Origin: a virus
Lineage: Duplodnaviria > Caudoviricetes
Direction: 5' to 3' (one strand)
Virus record (IMG/VR): IMGVR_UViG_2595698455_000001
Location: 32,001 to 96,000 of that record
Length of the DNA: 64,000 nt
Under the pieces are notes generated by a model. The model worked only from the letters and a program-made list of their open reading frames with translations. It ran no database searches and had not been told where the DNA came from. Shown here one piece after another: positions 1-10,027 of the stretch (position 1 is its first letter; each line of letters starts with the position of its first letter). Position numbers and translations under genes: made by a program.

Positions 1-31
1 TCAGCATGCGGTCCATTAATGAACTGGCCAT
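1..31 (-). CDS. 5' end of a gene running off the window, probably UvsX recombinase
   Basis: ATG at 31 reads MASSLMDRML, overlaps the stop of the upstream ORF and follows a GAGG SD. Identity inferred from synteny only. Confidence 0.4.
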   Translation of the reverse strand, partial: MASSLMDRML

Positions 32-558
32 TTCACTTCCTCTTTGTTGTTAATCGTCGTTAATAACTCTACACCCAACACCTTGTTAGACAAAATGTTG
101 ACCGCTTCTTGAATGCTTCTGAGCGACAACATTTCAACGGTTGGTCCCGCATCATTGTGTCGATCGGTTAGGTACATATTGCGCAGATTGTTGTAGTTCG
201 TGCGATTGATGCACGCAGCGTTCAACGCAATGTTCAGGATATACATCATCTGTTCGTTGGTCACATCCTTCGGCATGGCGTGGATGTAATATATCAAGCC
301 TTCGAAGTAGACGTCTACCAGTTCATCCGGTATCTCTACCCCGCCGCTCGCATACTCTTCCATCCTATTGAACAGAGATTCAGGTTCTTTGCTGGTGATC
401 TTGTGTGTCACAGTCGCCGAAAGACCATCGCCTGGTTTAACAGGCCTGGTGTATTCGGTGAGGAACACGTTGTGGCCGCCACCCCTGATATGCTCGGCGA
501 ATTTGGCGGATGCATCGGCAGCATTTTCCGCATGGTACGAAACGACGACTGTAAACAT
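16..558 (-). CDS. hypothetical protein
   Basis: 180-aa ORF whose start abuts the stop of the dUTPase-like gene. Confidence 0.75.
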   Translation of the reverse strand: MFTVVVSYHAENAADASAKFAEHIRGGGHNVFLTEYTRPVKPGDGLSATVTHKITSKEPESLFNRMEEYASGGVEIPDELVDVYFEGLIYYIHAMPKDVTNEQMMYILNIALNAACINRTNYNNLRNMYLTDRHNDAGPTVEMLSLRSIQEAVNILSNKVLGVELLTTINNKEEVKWPVH

Positions 559-1112
559 TAGAACTCCAGGGTCAGAGGGGTTTCGGCAGACTTGTCATAG
601 TCCGCGCCGCCAGCAGCACGCAGGCGATTGCGATCGTTCTTGCGCTTGTGTGCCAGCATGTAGGTCTCAATGTCGATCTCCATATAAGAGCACGCAGACG
701 ACAGGAAGAACATGAGAGTCTCAACACAAGGATCATTCATGAACTGCCCAAGGCGGTACGTCACACCCCGATGTCCAACAGCACCCAAAGCAGATGGAGT
801 GAATTCGCGGCTATCAAGAATTTCAAATTCTTCTTCGATCTCGCCTTTGGTGCGGTCCATTAGAACGAAGCACAACATGAAGTGAACCACGTCGACCAGT
901 TCATAAACCGCATTCGTATGGTGAAACCCGATGTCGTTTCCATAGACCTTCCAGTCACGGCTGGTTTCGTCAAGGAACTCTGCCCACTCACGATAAATGG
1001 AGTTGATGACTGCGTTCTGGCTCCATACATTCTTCCACTCTTCCCCAAAGTAGGCCACGTTGGTGGCCTTTTGGAGTTCGAGCAGGCTTTTGATATGCCC
1101 TGCTGTGATCAT
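558..1112 (-). CDS. all-alpha (dimeric) dUTPase / dNTP pyrophosphatase
   Basis: EWAEFLDE, ELVDVVHF and KNDRNRLR motifs of the dimeric dUTPase/MazG superfamily, inside a nucleotide-metabolism operon. Confidence 0.75.
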   Translation of the reverse strand: MITAGHIKSLLELQKATNVAYFGEEWKNVWSQNAVINSIYREWAEFLDETSRDWKVYGNDIGFHHTNAVYELVDVVHFMLCFVLMDRTKGEIEEEFEILDSREFTPSALGAVGHRGVTYRLGQFMNDPCVETLMFFLSSACSYMEIDIETYMLAHKRKNDRNRLRAAGGADYDKSAETPLTLEF

Positions 1113-1678
1113 TTACGTTCTCCGTAGAATTTAACGAACGGTGCCCAACCATCAAATGGATTGAGGAATTCGTAGTCCACTTTCATTTGGTCAATGAAAG
1201 CCTCTATATCGTCCTCTATGATACCAGCGCGGTCGGCCTTTGAAATGCGGGTGATAGGGCATTTCGTACTCAGCGCCCATTCATATTCCTGAGGAGTACG
1301 CAGATCACTCACGATATAATGTACATGAGGGTTCTGCTCTACCAGAGGAAGCTGGAAGCGCTTGAAGAATGCCAGGAACAGATCAGGCTGTACGTAACGT
1401 AAGCCCGTATCGCTGCCGAGATGAAGCCAGATCTCCCTTGGGGTTAAGCCCTTGGGGTTATCAGGGTGGAAGTAAGGAACGTCCTTCACAGCGTCCTCTA
1501 CCTCCGCTGGCAGCCACGGGTAGATGAAGTTGGCAACCCGGCGCAGTTCGTCCGAGAACGAAAGGCGCTGGATGTCAATGTCGCCCTGTAAATGGTGATA
1601 GCTGATGAGGGACTCCAAACAGAAGTCCTTACCGGAGCGCTTGCGCCCCGTAAAGAATTCAAGGTTTGGATACATCAT
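1109..1678 (-). CDS. deoxynucleoside monophosphate kinase (T4 gp1-like)
   Basis: P-loop GRKRSGKD, plus SFSDELR, TPREIW and VSDLR motifs. Confidence 0.85.
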   Translation of the reverse strand: MMYPNLEFFTGRKRSGKDFCLESLISYHHLQGDIDIQRLSFSDELRRVANFIYPWLPAEVEDAVKDVPYFHPDNPKGLTPREIWLHLGSDTGLRYVQPDLFLAFFKRFQLPLVEQNPHVHYIVSDLRTPQEYEWALSTKCPITRISKADRAGIIEDDIEAFIDQMKVDYEFLNPFDGWAPFVKFYGERK

Positions 1679-2721
1679 ACCGCACCTTCCAGGAACTTGG
1701 GATCAACAATCTTACGGTCAACCGGGGAATGGGTGAGCGCAATATTCAGGCCATGATCTTCAATCAGGTTCATGTCGATGAGCTTGTTATTCAATTTGCA
1801 GTGCAGGCAGTATGCCATCTGCACAATCAGACCGCGATCCGCATCATACTCCTTCAGGAAGGCAACCACAGTTTCCCAAGGGCTACCGAAGTCACAATGA
1901 ACAAGCACACCAGTGAATAGATTGCGGATATGGTTCTGGTTGGCCACGTTCTTGAAGTGAATCATGGAGTTGATGAACCCGCCGTCCACCTTGGTGTCTT
2001 TGGTGATCTTACCCAGCTGCTTCTGGCTGACTTCATTGTTGTAGTAATGAAGATTGTTGGAGAAGAGCTTGTACTGACCGACATCAACATCCAACACCCG
2101 AGCAATCACTTCCTGAAGAATAGAGAACTCAATGAAGTTGATTGAACTCATCCCCCACAGAACATCCTGTGAGCGGTTGATGACCGTCAGGTTCAGACGA
2201 CCTTCAACGATGGCGAACAACAGAGCCAGGTTACACACCATGTCCTTAGTCTTTGCTTCGCCGCTCTCGCTGAACTTCGCCAGACCAGCATCTGAATCCA
2301 GAGCCGGATCATAGATGGTGAGGTACGCCTGGCGAGTGTTTGGGTTCTTGCGTAGGCGGTTGATAACGCTGTCCAGCTGGCCATGGGCGTACAGACGCGG
2401 ACCATAAGCGGCTCGCCATGTGTGGCCGTTGTCAGAAAAGTTGGCGGCGCGGGGCAACACGCGGGACAGGAAGCGAACGTCATCTCGGCCTGACAGAACC
2501 CAGAAGGTTTCACCGATAGCGGCGATAGCCGATGAGTTGCGACCTTCAACGGAGAGCCAGCGGTCACGAATATTGGAAACAGTGATCGTCACACCGTCAA
2601 GGAACCGGGTGCCATCGGTGTTGATCTCCGCGTTACCAGGATCAGACTCAATCCCGTGCTCGCGGATAGCCAGGACAGCCCGCTTCAGCATGTCATTGTT
2701 GTTGATTGCTTTGATTTCCAT
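1675..2721 (-). CDS. thymidylate synthase-fold dUMP hydroxymethylase
   Basis: AYGPRL, NTRQA, catalytic Cys in DMVCN, RSQDVLWG..N and NLHYY motifs; lies between dNMP kinase and a P-loop kinase as in hmdU phages. Confidence 0.85.
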   Translation of the reverse strand: MEIKAINNNDMLKRAVLAIREHGIESDPGNAEINTDGTRFLDGVTITVSNIRDRWLSVEGRNSSAIAAIGETFWVLSGRDDVRFLSRVLPRAANFSDNGHTWRAAYGPRLYAHGQLDSVINRLRKNPNTRQAYLTIYDPALDSDAGLAKFSESGEAKTKDMVCNLALLFAIVEGRLNLTVINRSQDVLWGMSSINFIEFSILQEVIARVLDVDVGQYKLFSNNLHYYNNEVSQKQLGKITKDTKVDGGFINSMIHFKNVANQNHIRNLFTGVLVHCDFGSPWETVVAFLKEYDADRGLIVQMAYCLHCKLNNKLIDMNLIEDHGLNIALTHSPVDRKIVDPKFLEGAV

Positions 2722-2737
2722 AATTGGTCTCCAATAA

Positions 2738-3460
2738 TCATTTACTTTGCAAAATATGACCCAGATTTGGATAAATGCGATGATCTATACCATCCATGTC
2801 ATCAATACTCCCAAAATCACGACAGAGGAATGCCATTACAGCCTGATCTACTGTTAGACCATGAGACTTCATCATACCTGCAGCCACCTTAGGGAACAAG
2901 CCCTTATGGCGCTCCCGATGGTCATGGACACGCTCCCACTTCTCAACCACCAGGCTCTCATTGAAGTCAGCGCCGCCGTTGCGTGATTTGACACGGGCGA
3001 TGCAAGTTTCAAGAGGAGTGTCCATGAAGAGCACAACCAATTCGCGCGGTGGGCGCGTCAGGCGGGGGATCCATGAACTGAGCAGAGTTGAAGGGATGAT
3101 GCCTTCAAATATCACATCATATACCTGAAATTCAGGTAGATCAGCGATGCTCAGGGCAAACAACATTTGTTCAGTATCCTTCAGGGAATCAACTCCCTTG
3201 GACTTAGACTTATCGTATTTGCCGACACACACCACATTGAACGAAGGGCATACGGTCAGCATAATCTTGCCGTCATGGGTCACGACATATGCCTGATGAT
3301 CCCTCTCCGCCAGCTGAGAAGGCACGGTTGATTTACCGCTACCGTTGGAGCCTTTGATATAATAGAGTTGCCCTCGTGCTGGATAGATCCCCTTTACGAC
3401 GGGCGGCTTGGTGAATGTGTGGACGGGGCGTTTGAGCAACCCCTTTAGGGAGTAGGACAT
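2738..3460 (-). CDS. P-loop kinase, likely 5-hmdU DNA kinase
   Basis: Walker A GSNGSGKST, plus FEG and DTPLETCIARVKSR motifs; adjacent to the dUMP hydroxymethylase. Confidence 0.7.
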   Translation of the reverse strand: MSYSLKGLLKRPVHTFTKPPVVKGIYPARGQLYYIKGSNGSGKSTVPSQLAERDHQAYVVTHDGKIMLTVCPSFNVVCVGKYDKSKSKGVDSLKDTEQMLFALSIADLPEFQVYDVIFEGIIPSTLLSSWIPRLTRPPRELVVLFMDTPLETCIARVKSRNGGADFNESLVVEKWERVHDHRERHKGLFPKVAAGMMKSHGLTVDQAVMAFLCRDFGSIDDMDGIDHRIYPNLGHILQSK

Positions 3461-3534
3461 AGACTGCTCCGATAAACAAAAGGAGCTGCTATAATAGCAG
3501 CTCCTTTATCTATTGAACAGCTCCTGAACTTAAA

Positions 3535-4461
3535 TTACGCAGCAGCTTTCGCTTCGACCAGAGCCTGAGGCAACCATGCGTTGATTGCTTTGACCAGAGA
3601 CTCAGCATCAGCCTCTTTGATCTTCTGGCGTTTGGTGAAGGACTTACCGCCGACGTACAGACTGAAGCCCCAGCCGCCGGAAACGATCGGCGCAACGTCG
3701 ATGTACGTGTTGGTGCGAGCGTGCAGGTTTTCAGGGTTGGCCAGTTCGGTCACAGGGAACTGGAACCAGCGCATATCAGGGTTAACATAGCTCAGGAATA
3801 CACCTGGAGCCACACTTGCTTCAATCGCAGCCAGGATAGCACCGTGGTTAGAGGCGCGGGCAGCGTCAACCATCTCTTCACGTTTGGTGTGACGGCGCTT
3901 ACGCTCTTCCAGATGAGCCTGTGGTGTCAAGTTCGCACCCTTCCCCGCTTCTTTCAGAATTAGGGAAGCCAGGGAACCCACCTTCGCGTCAGACGGCTGG
4001 TCACCTTCTTTCAGCGCAATATTCACGGCGTCTTTGATTGCATCGGAAGAAGCGGTAGAAGTGCCAGTGTCGGCAGCCCGATCGCCTTCGGCAGGTTTCA
4101 CGTCCTGGGCATCAGTATCGGTGTCAGAAACGCCGTCGCCGGAGGTAGCAGCACCAGAGGTTGCGTCAGCAGAAATCGGGGTATCGTTGGCGGCGTTTTC
4201 AGCTACGTTCGGTGCTTCAGTTGCATCGGCTTGCTCTTGGGCTTGCGCCAGAGCCTGCTGAGTTTCTTCCTGCTCTTCAGCACTCAGACCTTCGATGAGT
4301 TCGAAGCCGTTAGCGGATTCAAGCGCACCTTCAACCATGCGGCGCAGGGTAACGTTGCCAATCAGCAGGCATGCAGCCTTGATCTCGGCCTGGATAGCCG
4401 CAACGTCTTTGCCTTCAATATCAAATTTAGAACCAGATTCTACATGAAGAATATATGACAT
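3535..4461 (-). CDS. hypothetical protein with an acidic, Ala-rich linker
   Basis: 308-aa ORF, phage-like codon usage, own upstream promoter. Confidence 0.8.
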   Translation of the reverse strand: MSYILHVESGSKFDIEGKDVAAIQAEIKAACLLIGNVTLRRMVEGALESANGFELIEGLSAEEQEETQQALAQAQEQADATEAPNVAENAANDTPISADATSGAATSGDGVSDTDTDAQDVKPAEGDRAADTGTSTASSDAIKDAVNIALKEGDQPSDAKVGSLASLILKEAGKGANLTPQAHLEERKRRHTKREEMVDAARASNHGAILAAIEASVAPGVFLSYVNPDMRWFQFPVTELANPENLHARTNTYIDVAPIVSGGWGFSLYVGGKSFTKRQKIKEADAESLVKAINAWLPQALVEAKAAA

Positions 4462-4528
4462 AATAAAACCCCTTTCGTTATTAAGACAGTCTTCGCGGCA
4501 TATTGCTGTTCTGACCGTGTAGTGAGAA

Positions 4529-4575
4529 CATAATATACTACATTTTCATAGATGTAAACCACTTTTTATTGAAAA
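4529..4575 (-). promoter_or_regulatory. early-type promoter
   Basis: Minus strand reads TTCAATA...GTTTACA...TATATT upstream of the 308-aa ORF. Confidence 0.55.
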
Positions 4576-4600
4576 GAAGTTAACACCATCGTGTTATACA

Positions 4601-4621
4601 GCGCCCCGCCAAGCGGGGCGC
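4601..4621 (-). terminator. GC-rich hairpin, probable terminator
   Basis: gcgccccgc-caa-gcggggcgc inverted repeat downstream of the 4667-5419 ORF. Confidence 0.5.
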
Positions 4622-4666
4622 GAACTTGCGTGAATATTAACTTTCAACGTCAATATTGAAAACCAA

Positions 4667-5419
4667 TTATTCTTTGATCAGATAGAAGTTCGGGACTTCA
4701 GCGCAGTGCTCTGGGAGGGTACAACCCAGGACGCCCTGCTTCACCTTCCCTTCGATGTCTGCGCGGATCCGACGAATGACCTCTTCCTGTTGCTCAGCGG
4801 CCATTACTTCTTCCATCGCAGCATACAGAGTGTCTAGGATGACACCAATGTAGTTATGGATGGCACGGCAAGAGTTCTGGTCGTACTCCATATCCGGATG
4901 GATAGCCAGGTCAACCTGATCACGCCCGACTAGCAGATGGCCTGAAACCAGATTGACTGGATGTTGGAACACGCCACTGGATTTGATAGCAACGTCGTCC
5001 GCCTGCTTCACCAGGAATTCGGTTTCAGAGAAGCGAGCGAGAACTTCTGATGGGAATTGCATACAGAAGTCTTGGCGTTTACGGCCGAAGAAGCACAGAC
5101 AGTGTGATAGCTTCAAACAAGCATCTGTCGCCATCTTCATGTGCGCTTTGGCATGCTCGTAGCCAGCGATGACGTCGCGGACATAATCGTACAGGTCGGC
5201 ATGACCAAAACGAATGTCTTCTTCGAACTGGATTGCTGTTTCACTGTCTGTTTTCAATCCCAGCACGTCAAAGATGTTGTGTTCACGGATAGATCTGCCA
5301 TTGCGATCAAACCCCAGAACGCAACCGACTTCGAACCCGCTCTTTTCAAAGTTTGGGAGTTTCATATCAAAGCGAGCAGGGGTGAATTCCAGCCCGAATA
5401 TACGATAAATTTGTGACAT
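4667..5419 (-). CDS. hypothetical protein
   Basis: 250-aa ORF with GAGG SD. Confidence 0.75.
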   Translation of the reverse strand: MSQIYRIFGLEFTPARFDMKLPNFEKSGFEVGCVLGFDRNGRSIREHNIFDVLGLKTDSETAIQFEEDIRFGHADLYDYVRDVIAGYEHAKAHMKMATDACLKLSHCLCFFGRKRQDFCMQFPSEVLARFSETEFLVKQADDVAIKSSGVFQHPVNLVSGHLLVGRDQVDLAIHPDMEYDQNSCRAIHNYIGVILDTLYAAMEEVMAAEQQEEVIRRIRADIEGKVKQGVLGCTLPEHCAEVPNFYLIKE

Positions 5420-5485
5420 GATATAGCCTCGTTGTTGGGGGATTACCCGTTCACGAATTATCCCTCGGAACGGGTTATAGAACCA

Positions 5486-6187
5486 TTACTTCTTATGAAC
5501 GCGTCGTGCATCTTTCCACACAGACATCTGGCTCCGTTTCTGGAAGCGAGCCGTGCGCATGAAGAGGACGACTTCCCAGTACTGCGGCTCAATCTCATAG
5601 AGCTGAGTGCGGAAGTGGTCGGCGCGATACAGCTTCACACAGTGATTATACAGCGGATGGTTGGCAAACCGCTTCAGGGCATCCCAAGTGAGTCTCAGAC
5701 GCGTCTTTGAGCGGTACGCCCGTTCGTTGCGCAGCTTGATGAGATCTTCAAACACCAACAGTCTGAGTTTTGGCGGCAGGTAGTGCATGTTCAATCCCCA
5801 GAGGTATGTCACACCCTTTTCCCCGAAGGTAACGCCGTCACCCTTGGCAAAGTTGAAGAAGAACACCAGTGGGTACATATCCCAGTATGGCAGTTCATCC
5901 TTCGTCAGGGCGTCGTATTTGAAATAGAACATACGCCCGACCATATAACGCCCACCCTGCACAGGGCGCTTGTTCTCAGCGAACGCCTGCTTCATGTGGT
6001 TTGGTGTCAGGTTGGCGTCCTTCGACACACGCTCCATGAACCACACATGAGAGCGGCGGATATTACGCTTGGCTTCAGGCCCGAAGTGTTGACGGTATTT
6101 GCGGATGTATCGCTTCACCAACTCGGGGGCGTCCATCTCGGCCGGAAACAGCAACGGATCTTCTTCGCCTGCTGAGTTCTTCGCCAT
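5486..6187 (-). CDS. DNA end protector protein (T4 gp2-like)
   Basis: GRMFYFKYD, LPYWDMYPL and GLNMHYLPP motifs. Confidence 0.9.
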   Translation of the reverse strand: MAKNSAGEEDPLLFPAEMDAPELVKRYIRKYRQHFGPEAKRNIRRSHVWFMERVSKDANLTPNHMKQAFAENKRPVQGGRYMVGRMFYFKYDALTKDELPYWDMYPLVFFFNFAKGDGVTFGEKGVTYLWGLNMHYLPPKLRLLVFEDLIKLRNERAYRSKTRLRLTWDALKRFANHPLYNHCVKLYRADHFRTQLYEIEPQYWEVVLFMRTARFQKRSQMSVWKDARRVHKK

Positions 6188-6241
6188 TTGTCAACTCCTT
6201 ATAAGTAACAACAGATATCATATTTAAGTGGAGTCCTCATC

Positions 6242-7186
6242 GTGGAAGACTATCGCAATTTCATCACTGAATTGTTGCAGCGTGGGATATCGCGCAAGAA
6301 CCGATTTCGGGTCACCATCCCACTTCCTCCTGGCGTGTTTGACAGCAATGCAACCCTTGCCAATGACGGCCAAGCATACACGACCAGTTCATCGTTCGGT
6401 GATCTGTTCAAACAGTCTGCACGTATTGTAAACGCTTTCTTTGGAGGGACAAACCAGACATCTCGTTCTCTCCAGATGATGTGTATGGTTGCTGGAATGC
6501 CAGGGGTAGGTATCGACACCACCCCAATGACGAACAACGGCAACCACATCAAGATGCCGAACAACAAATCGAACGTGGACCTGGATCTGACGTTTCTTCT
6601 TGCCAACGACTACTATGAAAAGTCTGTGTTGGACAAATGGAAGAATCTGATCTTTGATCCATACACGACCAAGATGGGCTATTACGAAGACTTCGTGACC
6701 GACATCTGTATTGAGCAGCTCGATACTGAAGATCAGGTTGTTCATCGTGTATACATCGTCGAAGCTCATCCGATCAACTTCAGCACAATCGAACTTGACA
6801 AGGGTGCAACAGACCAGTTCAACCAGTACAATGTCACATTCTCATACAACAAAGTGCTATCGGAGACTGAATATGAAACACGCAGCCTTGCCAGCGATTT
6901 TCTTCCTCTTGGGATTGCTGATGCTCTTGCCAGTGGCGATTGGGAAACTGCGGCCTCCAAAGCCGGACAGCTTTATCGCAAGGTGAAAGAAGGGAACTTC
7001 ACAGGGGAGGCTCTGCTGGCTTACAAACAGCTGGACCAATTGGTGAACAATCTGGCTGGGATTAGCCTGCAGGACTTCGAGCGCATCTCAGTGGGCATCT
7101 CTCGTGACATCATGAGCAATGACAACCTGACGGCGGCGGAGAAGACGAGCCTGTTGGGGATATTGCAAGACGTGATGGGCAAATAA
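6242..7186 (+). CDS. baseplate-tail tube initiator (T4 gp54-like)
   Basis: RKNRFRV N-terminus and tube-fold motifs (EAHPINFSTIELD); late-promoter-like TATAAGTA at about 6200. Confidence 0.8.
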   Translation: MEDYRNFITELLQRGISRKNRFRVTIPLPPGVFDSNATLANDGQAYTTSSSFGDLFKQSARIVNAFFGGTNQTSRSLQMMCMVAGMPGVGIDTTPMTNNGNHIKMPNNKSNVDLDLTFLLANDYYEKSVLDKWKNLIFDPYTTKMGYYEDFVTDICIEQLDTEDQVVHRVYIVEAHPINFSTIELDKGATDQFNQYNVTFSYNKVLSETEYETRSLASDFLPLGIADALASGDWETAASKAGQLYRKVKEGNFTGEALLAYKQLDQLVNNLAGISLQDFERISVGISRDIMSNDNLTAAEKTSLLGILQDVMGK

Positions 7187-7208
7187 AAAGCCCTCCGAAG
7201 AGGGCTTT
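7186..7208. terminator. bidirectional rho-independent terminator
   Basis: aaaagccctc-cgaa-gagggcttt between convergent genes. Confidence 0.75.
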
Positions 7209-7212
7209 GTTA

Positions 7213-8259
7213 TCAGTTTTGCTTCAGGAACGCTTCAAAGTCTTCGATCGATCCTGTGCCTTTCGGATCCGGTTGCTGAGCCGCCGACTGTTGATTGACG
7301 GCAGACTGAGACTGCTGAGACTGCTGTTGGTTCAGGCTATCCTGAGCGGTCTGTTGCTTCACTGGCTGTTGGCCTGCGGTCTGGCTGGTAGGAGCATGAG
7401 CCATAGTGGCCGCACCGTTCTCAACCAGAGGCTGGTCATCAGGAATCGCCAGAACTTTACGCAGACGTTTTTCCAGATCTTCGTAGCTCTTGAAGTTCGC
7501 CGGATTGAAGAACTCAAACAGGCTATGTTCACGAGACCACACGTCTTCCATGTAGGCTTCATCGTCGCTCAACGGCGCAGGTGCAGCCCAGCTCACGTTG
7601 GAGAAGTTGGCCACCGGACCTTCCCAGTTCCCGAACTTCTTCTGCTCACTGAAGAGCTTCAGGTTCAGGTTCGCACCTTCCCACAGATCGTACGGATCGA
7701 ATTTAGGGTCGGTTGGGAACTTAGGATTCTGCGCCTGATCCAGGATCTTCAGGATAGCAGGACCGAACTCCAGCAGGAAGACCTTGCCGTTGTTTTCCGG
7801 TACGTTGACATCTTCAATCACCAGGATGTTGGCGTAGTATTTGGTGTCTGGCAGACGCTTCTTCAGCACGTCCTTCAGCTTGTCATCGTTTGTATCTTTC
7901 TGCTGCTTCCACAGCGGACGGTCATGGTCGCGCACCGGATCGTCGTTACCGAACGTCTGAGGTGAGTTTTCGATGTACCAACCACCAGGTCCCTGGAACT
8001 GATGCTTCATCACCATGGCGCACGGGGTCAGGATCTGATCTTTATCGATCGTGCCTTCATCCTGTGCCTTGATGTCCACCAGCGGGACTGGCAGGAAGCG
8101 GATGGTGTTCTGAGAGATACCATCTTTGTTCCAAGTCCATTTCCAGATGCGAGGATCCTTCTGGAAGCCGGACTTTTGACCTTGCTGAGCCAGACGCGCT
8201 TGCATTGCATCGGTCTGCTGACCACGGGACTGCTTCAGACGGTCGAATAAATTACCCAT
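7213..8259 (-). CDS. single-stranded DNA-binding protein (T4 gp32-like)
   Basis: DPRIWK, IRFLP, GGWYIEN, YYANILVI and FDPYDLWEGAN motifs with an acidic C-tail. Confidence 0.93.
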   Translation of the reverse strand: MGNLFDRLKQSRGQQTDAMQARLAQQGQKSGFQKDPRIWKWTWNKDGISQNTIRFLPVPLVDIKAQDEGTIDKDQILTPCAMVMKHQFQGPGGWYIENSPQTFGNDDPVRDHDRPLWKQQKDTNDDKLKDVLKKRLPDTKYYANILVIEDVNVPENNGKVFLLEFGPAILKILDQAQNPKFPTDPKFDPYDLWEGANLNLKLFSEQKKFGNWEGPVANFSNVSWAAPAPLSDDEAYMEDVWSREHSLFEFFNPANFKSYEDLEKRLRKVLAIPDDQPLVENGAATMAHAPTSQTAGQQPVKQQTAQDSLNQQQSQQSQSAVNQQSAAQQPDPKGTGSIEDFEAFLKQN

Positions 8260-8357
8260 TTTGTTGATTCCTCTGTTTCCGCCCCTCAGGGCTATTCTGT
8301 CACATGTATTGTCAATTAATTTACAGCGGGGTAATTATACCCCGTTACTATATTGAA

Positions 8358-8597
8358 TTAACCTTTAAGCACTTGATTCGCTGGGTCAATTTCAATAATG
8401 TCGAACACGTCAGAAAACGTCTTCTTACCTTCGTCGTGGGTGTGGTACTCAACAACGTATGAGCGACCATCAGGGGTGACGTAGCGAATACGATCCGTCT
8501 GATCGGCGTTCTCGTTGATGCTACCCACACGCCAGCGCATAGAGCCTGGGAGGAATTCCGCAGCTTTCATTGCGCTGTAAATTGATTCTTTGCTCAT
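8358..8597 (-). CDS. hypothetical protein
   Basis: 79-aa ORF in operon context. Confidence 0.7.
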   Translation of the reverse strand: MSKESIYSAMKAAEFLPGSMRWRVGSINENADQTDRIRYVTPDGRSYVVEYHTHDEGKKTFSDVFDIIEIDPANQVLKG

Positions 8598-8604
8598 ATT
8601 ACAC

Positions 8605-8850
8605 CTACACTAATTTCTTCGACTTCAGCACGTCTTTGATCAAACGTGCATCGGAGCACTCAGCTGTCAGTCGGGACAGAAGAGGTGCTGTGATCATTTT
8701 TCTGACCTTTGTTTCGTCTATGTCGTTTTCTTCACAGACAGCCACGAGGGTCTCAAGGATAGTTTCCCTGGTACGGGCGGCGCGGAGCAACACAGCTTCT
8801 GAGAAGGAGTCTGCTGTCAGCACCTGTGCTGGTGATTTATCATCAGACAT
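8605..8850 (-). CDS. late transcription coactivator (T4 gp33-like)
   Basis: Start reassigned to MSDDK at 8850; ILETLVAVCEENDID...KMIT..L..RL motif; upstream of gp32. Confidence 0.8.
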   Translation of the reverse strand: MSDDKSPAQVLTADSFSEAVLLRAARTRETILETLVAVCEENDIDETKVRKMITAPLLSRLTAECSDARLIKDVLKSKKLV

Positions 8851-9088
8851 CGATCGTGTTCCCCTTGCCAGAACTCTTCTTGATCGTGCGCAGAACGTCC
8901 TTGAAGGAGTCCGGCGCAGACTGTGGTCCCTTAACCCCAGAAACAATCTTCGGGGCATAGATGACCATCTTCACTTCCGATCCACACTCTACGCATGGGT
9001 TGGACTCTGGTTCATGGCGATCGGCGATGGATTTCCGCAGAGTTTTGGTATCGCCACAGCCTTGACATTGATAATCATACAACGGCAT
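8843..9088 (-). CDS. FmdB-family zinc-ribbon protein
   Basis: MPLYDYQCQGCG...CVECG. Confidence 0.85.
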   Translation of the reverse strand: MPLYDYQCQGCGDTKTLRKSIADRHEPESNPCVECGSEVKMVIYAPKIVSGVKGPQSAPDSFKDVLRTIKKSSGKGNTIDV

Positions 9089-9389
9089 GGAACACCCCCA
9101 CAGTTGTCAGTACGAAACGAACCATAATGATAACCAGCAACGCCACTGTAGAAAACACAACGCGCTTAATCATTTTGTCACGCATATGGATGAACTGATA
9201 CGAGAGTATGGCCTCGGCCTGTTGATCAGCACGGACGTTCGTGTCACGATATGGCGACAGTGTATAGAAGTTGATCTGATACACATACGCGTGAATCAGA
9301 GTGAAGAATGACTTCACCCAGACCAACACAACCACTAACAACAAAGCGAACGTCAGGAAGTTCGCCAACAACCAGTAATCGACCATCAT
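9075..9389 (-). CDS. membrane protein with two TM helices
   Basis: Two long hydrophobic segments. Confidence 0.7.
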   Translation of the reverse strand: MMVDYWLLANFLTFALLLVVVLVWVKSFFTLIHAYVYQINFYTLSPYRDTNVRADQQAEAILSYQFIHMRDKMIKRVVFSTVALLVIIMVRFVLTTVGVFHAVV

Positions 9390-9988
9390 ACACCTCTGTT
9401 GAAGTCTGGATTATTCTCAATGAAGTAGGAACCACAAGTCATGATCGCGAACCCATCTACAAGGTCATCGATCGGCTTGGGATCCTTAACTTCCAACATA
9501 TCCATTATACCGCGCATATTAACATTGAACAGGGCTTCGAAGTGGGCGATCATGGCGAGTTTATCAGCGTTGCCTTTGTCTGTGAACATCTTCTTCACAT
9601 GGGACGGTGACACGATCTGGAAGTCGAAACCGTGACGACGCAGCACCTGCTTCAACAGGGAAGTATTCTCCGCTGTCTGACAGATGTTGTTGGAGTTCTT
9701 GGAGTTGCCCATGGCATACCCTTCAAGGGTGATGGCATCCGGCTTCTCAGTCAACAGGACGGCCTCAGCCCATTTACAGATGTTGTAGAAGCGCTCCTCA
9801 GGAGTGTCCCACTTCGGCTGCTTCATGATGAGGATGTTCTGGCGAATCTGAGTGCAGTACTTCTCCACGGTGTAATACGCGTAGAAGCGCAGATGATCAA
9901 AATCAAGAGGGTCTTTGTCATCCCAGAAGCACATGGATGGGCAACCATACGAGTAGTCAATTCCGCAATATTTCATGTAAATACCCAT
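9386..9988 (-). CDS. RuvC-like Holliday junction resolvase
   Basis: GIDYS, LEGYAM, VSPSHVKK..T.KGNADK and DDLVD motifs. Confidence 0.8.
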   Translation of the reverse strand: MGIYMKYCGIDYSYGCPSMCFWDDKDPLDFDHLRFYAYYTVEKYCTQIRQNILIMKQPKWDTPEERFYNICKWAEAVLLTEKPDAITLEGYAMGNSKNSNNICQTAENTSLLKQVLRRHGFDFQIVSPSHVKKMFTDKGNADKLAMIAHFEALFNVNMRGIMDMLEVKDPKPIDDLVDGFAIMTCGSYFIENNPDFNRGV

Positions 9989-10027
9989 AACGAAGTTTCA
10001 TGTAGTGTTATGGGTATTTACGCCGGA

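Noticed and set aside
2722-2805. Possible remnant of a small membrane gene at the kinase/hydroxymethylase junction (MTWMV*IIAFIQIWVIF)
   Set aside because: Too short to support without alignment to relatives
7207-7965. Long antisense ORFs opposite gp32, and similarly 15927-16778, 50864-51628 and 56759-57826
   Set aside because: They mirror well-supported minus-strand genes and are expected from codon bias
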